This document shows, piece after piece, positions 56,401 through 64,000 of a DNA stretch of 64,000 nucleotides (the stretch's first letter is position 1; every line of letters begins with the position of its first letter). Origin of the DNA: Bugula neritina (lineage: Eukaryota; Animalia; Bryozoa); assembly GCA_964035545.1 (NCBI GenBank), contig OZ037768.1, forward strand, positions 5,798,741 through 5,862,740. Direction: 5' to 3'. Below the pieces are notes generated by a model. That model was not told the DNA's origin, ran no database searches, and saw nothing but the letters and a program-made list of their open reading frames with translations. The position numbers and the translations under genes were made by a program.

Positions 56401-57438
56401 CAGGGCCTTCACCATGCTCACTTAATAAACAGAATAATAGTAATATAATATAAATTTCACTTTGCAAAGAGTATGTAGGTCAGTTTACTAATTCAGTACA
56501 CAGTGGAAATCTCCAGCTTTTAGCTATTTTTTACAATTTAGCTGCTAATGAACATGGGTTTTTGCCCAAAACTAGTAAAGTATCAATAAGTACACCTAAA
56601 TAATCCAGGTTCTTCTTAATTTTGCTTGATTTCCCATGTTTTTTCTTATTTATTTAGGTGAAAAAACCACAACAGTCCGCAATCAATCAGAAGTAGCTAA
56701 ATAATTAGGAAAAAACATGGGAAAGCAAGCAAAATTAAAAATAACCTTGATTATTTAGGTGTGTTTATAGATATTTTAATAGATTTCGGCAAAAAAATTG
56801 TAAATTGTAAAAAATAGCTAAAAGCTGGAGAATTCCAGTGTGTAGTAAATAAAGTAAAAGAACCCGTGTGTAAGTAAAATCTTTGGATAGAAAAATAATT
56901 TTGGTGCTACAAATTCAACTCCCTTAGTCAAACTGTTAGCTGATAAAAACACTCCTGCGATGTTAAATTAGAAAATTCTCAACACAATTAAATGTAAAGA
57001 AAGTTCCTTTAAATGGTTTTAGTAAAATGTTGAACCATTGAACATAAAATAGGGCTTTCACTCCGACCACACTTACAGTGGTTATGCCTCTTGCTGTGAC
57101 GTTTACTCTTACAGTGAAGTCGCTCTGCAAATGACTGATAGTCTATGGCCTGAGCTCTGCCAGTTCTAGAGCGTCGAGGAGGTCGTGACAGAGGAGGCTG
57201 CTCTGATGCCACACTGGATGCATCGTCACTTGTGTAATTCCCTGCCAATGCTTGACTGAAACACCAAGCAGTAAATGTATTGGTGCAATAGTTGACATCT
57301 ACTTTAATCAAATATTCAGTATAACTTTTGCAGAGTAATATTAGTTCTCAATTGTTGGGCTGAATGAACTTACTCTGGTTGGAGATCAGAAATCTGGATG
57401 ACCCGGTTATGTGGATCTACACGATCGTGGATGCCCAT
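53407..57438 (-). CDS. R3HDM4: R3H domain-containing protein 4, about 295 aa
   Basis: Exons 57438-57374, 57255-57077, 56420-56296, 55246-55081, 54388-54303, 54219-54078, 53531-53407. Motifs VWNNFIEL.EDDQ, HPSYSSEKCFQQI and R3H SFGRLFVHAVSQYLGL. Confidence 0.9.
54565..54650 (+). mobile_element. tRNA-derived SINE fragment
   Basis: A-box-like GTAGTAGTTAG, B-box GGTTCGAATCC (54611-54621), then TTGATGATGTCA shared with the 62400 copy. Confidence 0.65.
56476..56866. mobile_element. Foldback/MITE family A, copy 2 (two ~180-bp inverted arms)
   Basis: 56476-56660 is an imperfect reverse complement of 56692-56866, with a ~30-bp spacer that resembles 22083-22112. Confidence 0.82.
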
Positions 57439-58320
57439 AATAAGAATGTATGCTAAAAGCACCAAAAATGATAGTAATTTACATTATAACCATAAAATAG
57501 TTATTGTGCACAAATCACATTGAACCATGATTGTAGTTTTTCTTTTCACAATAAAGCATTAAATTTTATAGCCACAATCCAAGTAAATTTAAATTAATCA
57601 AAATATTTTAAATCTGTGACTTCAACAACTTTAAACAAAAAGTAAAACATATGAAAACTGTTAGTGTTTGCATTGCTATGCATAAAATATGACACATTAT
57701 GATTATAGGGTAAGAGGCAAGTATTGCACATGATGGTTCAATTGAACTTTGAGCTTAAAATTTTAATCATTATCACGATGATGATCACATCATCATGATC
57801 ATTAAATTCAATCATCATCATCATGATTATCATTTTGATTTAGTTTAACATTATCGTTATGATTTATTTATTGATTATCATTATGATAATCATAATCATT
57901 AATGATAATCATAATCTCATATTCATAATGATAATTATAATCATTATGATAATCATAGTGCGAGTAGAAAAACTGAAGTCAAATGTTAACTGGTTTTATG
58001 ACCTAAAAACAACAAAATAGTAATACTAATTAAAAATATCAAAGCTCAACATAAAATTCAGAATTGAAAAAAATCAAAGCTTCAGAAATTGTTCTGCTGG
58101 CACCCTTCATCAAAATGTAAGCTAGTAACGCAGCAAAGGGTTAAAGGGCATCATTCTGGTACGCAGGGGCACGAGAGACTTAGAACCTTATGTAAAAAGT
58201 AAAACCAAGAATGCTTGTAACAATTACTATACATTTGACTAAGCTATAGACCAAAGAACTAGGAGCGGCTCTATGTCAAATCATAATTAAGGTTAATGTC
58301 AAAGCTGAAATTGAATAGTT

Positions 58321-58477
58321 TTATAACTAGCCCTAAGTTGGGAGTAACTGAGTGCAGTAGTTTGCAATTCTTTAATTTGGAAAGGGGAGTTCTGAGTTTC
58401 AAATTATACCCCCAATTTCAAAGTCAAGAGCCGCAAGTTACTGCACTCAATCACCCCCAACTCGGAGCTGTTTATAA
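58321..58477. mobile_element. Short palindromic MITE-like element between R3HDM4 and ATG7
   Basis: Imperfect inverted arms of about 67 bp (TTATAAC...GAGTGCAGTA...GGGG / CCCC...TACTGCACTC...TTATAA) with a ~20-bp loop. Confidence 0.75.
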
Positions 58478-59470
58478 CCATTGTTGAAATCAATTCTATC
58501 ACTTGTCGGTATTATTTATTAAACCTAAGGTTTTACTTTTGTTAATATTAGATTAACGTGATTTACAGCGATTACTATTATGATTATGATTATATCATTA
58601 TCATCATTAAAACATGTTTAATAATTATTTGTAATGCTAATCGTTAATAAATTCGTGTTGGGATTAATTATTATTATTATAATCAAGAGTTTACAAAATT
58701 ACACCATTAATTTTAAATGATTAATGATTAAAATTAATTATTTTAATTTACATCAACATGATTTACATGAGTATGATGAGACGGAGTCATGAGTTTTAAA
58801 AATGAACCTAAAACTGATGCTGAATATAAAAATCTTCAATTTTGAAGTCTATCAGTAACTGCCAGAGTAACGGCCACAGCCGTAAGAAGCTGGGATTTCA
58901 CTAGGACACAGATTGAAAATTAAGATTAACATTGTGATTGAGTTTGACTTTGAGTCTGGCAGTATGAGTATGATGGTATTACTAATAGTATTAGTTATGT
59001 TTATAGTAATGTTTAGGCTAATAATGATAATCACAGATAGTGATACATTTTTAAAGTCAAAGTTATATTACTATTAGTGAGTGAAAGTGTAAACCGTTTA
59101 TATAAAACCCAAGGCCAAGTATTCCATTTTCAATATAAGCTTGAAGTTTATTTGATAAAGTTTAGCTAGAATACATTAAAGCAGTTTTGCTAATAAATAA
59201 AACCGAAATCTATACTTATTTTTATAGCAATAGATATTGTTTTAAAGTTGAGTTTTGAATTAAGATGAAGGTAGCAGGTTAATCTGTGAGAAAATATTAT
59301 TTTTGCAGTTTTAGTTTGTAATATTTTTTCTATTTTCAATTTCTCGATTTTGTGTTTTTATTTATTTTGAATGAAGCTTCAGCGTTCACAAATGAATTAT
59401 TCATTAATGACAGAACCTTACTTATAATATTGTTCTATTTTTGAAAGTTTGTATTTCTAGTGTTCACTTA

Positions 59471-62400
59471 ATGGCTCAACCGAATCTTCAGTTTGTCCCA
59501 TTTACAAGTACTCTTGACCCTGGTTTTTGGCATGTCTTATCTCAAAAGAAGTTGGATGAATATGGTTTGAAAGAAGATGCTGTCAATATTCAAGGCTTTT
59601 ATGCAAATAGTGAGTCATAGTAAATTAAAATGTTCAAGAATTAAATTCATGGCATTTCTTTAAAAAAATGAGCTAAAACATAATTATTATATGAGTCGTA
59701 ATATTTACTCATCAAGTTTTATGAATGACTCAATCGTGATTAAATCCTATTTGTCTTCTATTTTCATCTAGATAATGCACAAGGTTTGCCGTCCCTGCTT
59801 CAAGTTGACTTCACAGCATTTAACTTGTAAGTTTGTTACTAATTTCTAAAAGTGTTACAGAAGATTTTAAATCTCTATCATATTTCATGAGTTAAGAAGC
59901 AAAAGCTCAGAAATAACTATACATGGTTTGTACAATTGTATTTTTAGAGCTAATGGCCAGCATCCTGGGCAGTACCCCTTGTCAGGATCTCTGCTCAATA
60001 CCAACACCATAGATTTGTTTAAAACATGCAACAAGCAAGACTTAATAAATAAATCGGCTAAAAAGGTGTGTGGCTGTTTTCAAAGATGGTTCTACATCTC
60101 TTGCATTTTAATTTCATTAATTCATTAATTTTTCATATTCTGTAACATAACTAATATATACCAGTGATTGTCGGATAGCAACAAAAATGGCTAAATATGG
60201 AAACTTGTTTATTATAGAATGTTTTATTTATTTTCTATAGATTTGGGATGCTATCATGTCAGGAGAAGCCCTGGGGAATCCCCAACTACTTAATAGCTTT
60301 ACCATGCTGACGTTTGCGGTAAACTTATTTTTATGTTCTGCCCAAAACTAATTTTATTTCATTCTATGTTACATAAACAAAAAATATATTTATAAAATTT
60401 TACATGTTGTAGAATTTAAAGAAGTACTCTTATCATTACTGGTTTGCATTTCCAGCATTGATTCCCTCTTCTCCAATTTTATTGAACAAACAACCCACAA
60501 GTATCTCTCAAGTCCTAAGCTCTAGTCAGGTGGTTACCTAAGTTTCTTTATTTGTATGTTACGTTCTCTATGCTTACTGTAATAAACATGCTGACAGACA
60601 TTGTAAATTAAATAAATTACAGAAATTCGTATTTCTTATCTTCTTGTTTATGTGGTTCCAACTGACCCACTACATGTTTTACTTCTGCTTTGCTAAAGCC
60701 CGAGTATATAAATTTCTTGTTTGTATTGTAGATTCAATCATTTCTATCTAGTTATGATATAGACTGCAAGTCAAGAAACCTACCATTCTTTATAATCCAC
60801 GATCCTCCCGGTAAAACTGTTGCTCTGTTGACCTTGAATGATGCTTCAGTTAGTGATATGAAGTTATCAGAGTTGATATTTACTTTTGCTGATCCTTCTA
60901 CCATTTCACAGTATCCTGGATGGGTTCTAAGAAACTACATTTGTCTCATCTGTAGACACTTGTACGTAAATAAGCATGCTTTATATTAAAGCTATTGTTG
61001 TTTGTTATTAATAAATAAGTTTATGTATTTGTGGTTTATTTTTTAGTTAAATTGCCTGGAGGTTTTTTTGCTACTTTGCTTAAATTTTTAATCTCCGGAC
61101 ATCCTAAGTATCAATTTAAGTCCGATATTTCTGCAATATGTTGGTTGTTGTTACATCATAAGTTTTAGAAAAAAAAGAACAATGTAAATAACCTTATTGG
61201 GTTTTAGCATATAATGATATAACTTCCAATGTTTCCTTGAATAACTTTGGTCTGTAGTGTGAAAGAAGAGAACACTGTTGTGAGGATACTTGGTCTTCGA
61301 GATAGGACTGTTAATGGACAGCGATGTGTGGATCATAGTATTTATTTGGAAGTTATCCTCTCTCCTCTCTGTGCTCCCAGTGGTAAGATTAATAGAAAAA
61401 TTACTTATAAACCATAGAACTAACTTTAATAAAATGTTATACGTTCTTTTATACTGTAGAAAATTCACCAAAAGCACTCAATTGTGAATTTGAGACTATA
61501 AGCAGTATAAACATTGCTTTACTGAGAACTACAAAATAACATCGTAGGAGATAAGGTTGATACTCCCATACTGCTTTCTAAAAAAACTAAATAAACTGAA
61601 TGTATATCTTATTTCTAGAACTATAAGGTTAATAACGGTTGACCAAAAGGACTTTATTATAATTATCATGTTATCTCATGATGTATATGTATTCCAAAAT
61701 ATTAAACCATGCTGGTATAAAAGTTGCCTACCAATTTTGACTTGCAGTACTACATAGTAAGCTCATCCTAGCAGTAAGCCAGTTCATTAGAATTAAAACA
61801 AAGCAATAATCTTGCGGAAATATTTTTGTTGCATTTTTTGAAATGCAACATTTCCAAATATCATTTTCATTCAACATAACATAGAGACTTATTTTACAAA
61901 GTATTATTGTTATACTGTGCAGTATAACAATAGTTAGCTGGGAAAAGCTGAATATTATATATTAATTAATTTAATTAATGTTTTATCACAGCCTTGTGTC
62001 ATCTCCATAGTAAATGGTGGCTATGTTTAATCAACTGTGGTTTTTGCAATCTTGGATTGTAGCTATAAATTAATTGTTTTCAATGCATTATTTATTGAAG
62101 AAATGTGGAGTGTAGTTGGCTGGGAGAAGAATCAACAGAAGAAACTTCTCCCCCGCTTTGTGAATCTAAGTAAAACCATGGATCCCACCCACATTGCTGA
62201 GTCAGCTGTGGACCTCAATCTAAAGCTTATGAGATGGAGACTTCTTCCAGACCTCAACCTAGAAGCCATATCTAAAACCAAATGTTTACTTCTGGGCGCA
62301 GGAACTCTTGGGTGTAATGTTGCTAGGAATTTGTTAGTGAGTGGTTATACAATCTTCAACATATAAACTCAGTGTATCTGTGCATGTTATAGAATATTAT

Positions 62401-63948
62401 AGTGGTTAGAGTGTTGGCCTAGTAAGTGTCAGGTCATGGGTTCAAATCCTGGTATGGTCATTGATGATGTCAGAGAAGGTATTTAGTCATACTCTCATAA
62501 TTTCCCACAGCAGAAACCCTTAAAAACCATGTTACCAGTATGTTGAGAGGAACACTGAAAACCCTTACCACTATAATAAAGGGGTTCCCATAAGGATTGA
62601 GTCTTTTAGTAACTCCTTGAGTATATATATATAAATGTATATTGTATTAGATTTTGTTATCAAGCAGCTCTAGATTTATCTTCCATGAATACTGAGTTGT
62701 TTAGACTAGAATGTCTTGTATGTCACACTTCATTTATATGCATAGTGATGGATAATATTATATGGTGCAATTATGTCTGAATATATTGCTTTTTGTGCAG
62801 CCACTTCATATGATACGCACGCTGTTAAACTGACTCATTATATATACAGGGATGGGGTGTTAGAACCATTACTCTGGTAGACAACTCCACAGTCTCTTTC
62901 TCTAATCCTGTTAGACAATCTCTCTTCACATTTGAACATTGTCAAGATGGAGGTCTACCAAAAGCTGAGACTGCAGCACAGAGCTTGAAACTGATATTCC
63001 CTGGAGTGGTAAATTGTCTTCACATGCTTTGTAATAACCATTACAGCACACTACTGTTTCATGTTATAATGATGATGAAACCCTACTGTTGGAAAATTGC
63101 ATCAACTTATTATACTATGAATCTAGAAGTTTTTTTAATTTTCAAGAACACAACACATCTTTCCCTAATCTGTGGACGAATAAAAGTAAAGCTGTGATCG
63201 AAAGTTATGAAATTATTGTACTACTTGCATAAAATGTTTGATAAAGGATGCAAAGGGAGTGTCGCTCACTATACCAATGCCAGGGCACCCGGTGCCAACG
63301 AATGCCGTAGAATCGATAAAGAAAGATGTGGCTGTTTTAGAGGAGCTGATTAGCGAGCATGATGCTGTATTTCTGCTGATGGACTCCAGAGAGAGTCGAT
63401 GGTTACCAACTCTTGTTGGAGCAGCAAAGAATAAAGTACGTGTAACTACTAAATGCTAATATATGCAATTTTATTATGTACTTTAATTTAGAGGCTCTGC
63501 AGCATAGGGTAAGGATGTAAATTTAAAAAAACTGGTGTGCTGTATAAATATTGCTTTTGTACTAAGATTATTTTTTGTACACTTATTAAAGCACCTGAGG
63601 TAAGGAGTGGAAGAAGGGACTGTCTGTCTGTTTGTGTTATTCACTTTTTATAGATAGTTTTGACGGCTGCTATTTATATCGATAGCCAATGTTGTCTACT
63701 TAGCTGTTGCTGACTTGCTAATACTATCAACTACATCATATTCCACTATTTATTTTTTGTAGATAGTGTTGACGGCTGCTCTGGGCTTTGACTCATGGTT
63801 GGCAATGAGACATGGTAGTTCTGACTGCTCAGCATCTGCTGCTGCTGCTACTGCCGACGCTGCTGCCGGCTCATTCAAAACTAACAAAGTAATTCCCGGA
63901 ACAGACCTTGGCTGTTATTTTTGTAATGATGTGGTGGCTCCCAGAGAT
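59471..63948 (+). CDS. ATG7: Autophagy E1-like enzyme ATG7, partial; continues off the right edge
   Basis: Exons 59471-59609, 59772-59826, 59948-60065, 60241-60318, 60413-60529, 60732-60961, 61258-61382, 62101-62336, 62850-63008, 63247-63435, 63763-63948. Motifs [70 protein letters not shown] and [12 protein letters not shown]. Confidence 0.97.
62400..62632 (+). mobile_element. tRNA-derived SINE in ATG7 intron 8
   Basis: AGTGGTTAG A-box remnant, GGTTCAAATCC B-box (62439-62449), a body colinear with the 23535-23760 copy, and a CTTGAGT(AT)n tail. Confidence 0.72.
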
Positions 63949-64000
63949 GTGAGTGTTATGACTTGTAAATTATATTCCATTTATATATTATAGTTGTTGA

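Noticed and set aside
44400-63250. Several AAG 3' splice sites (44409, 56421, 62100, 63246)
   Set aside because: About 4 of ~55 modelled introns, not clearly above ordinary animal usage.
63820-63870. Poly-Ala insert in ATG7
   Set aside because: It falls in the variable loop between MRHG and LGCYFC; a simple GCT expansion.

Overview
AT-rich, compact, intron-containing animal (invertebrate) genomic DNA; the gene style suggests a spiralian such as a bryozoan, but that is an impression only. I spliced eight host genes by hand from splice sites and codon phase: a tamalin/GRASP-like PDZ gene (minus, partial), a divergent alpha-catulin that stops before its tail domain (plus), a type II membrane glycosyltransferase with two GT32 domains (plus), a RASSF1/3/5-type RA-SARAH gene (minus), a PH-domain docking adaptor (minus), a small type III single-pass membrane protein (minus), R3HDM4 (minus) and ATG7 (plus, partial). 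Intron 5 of the alpha-catulin gene holds an intact, very young 5627-bp Ty3/Gypsy LTR retrotransposon with the copia-like PR-IN-RT-RH order (Gmr1 type), a SCAN-like capsid and heat-shock-element-like motifs in its LTR. tRNA-derived SINEs and several foldback/MITE elements are also present. The main unexplained signal is a non-coding 3/6-bp-periodic tract just inside the first intron of six of the eight genes; two of these tracts share an identical 20-mer. All homology calls come from recalled family motifs, not database searches.
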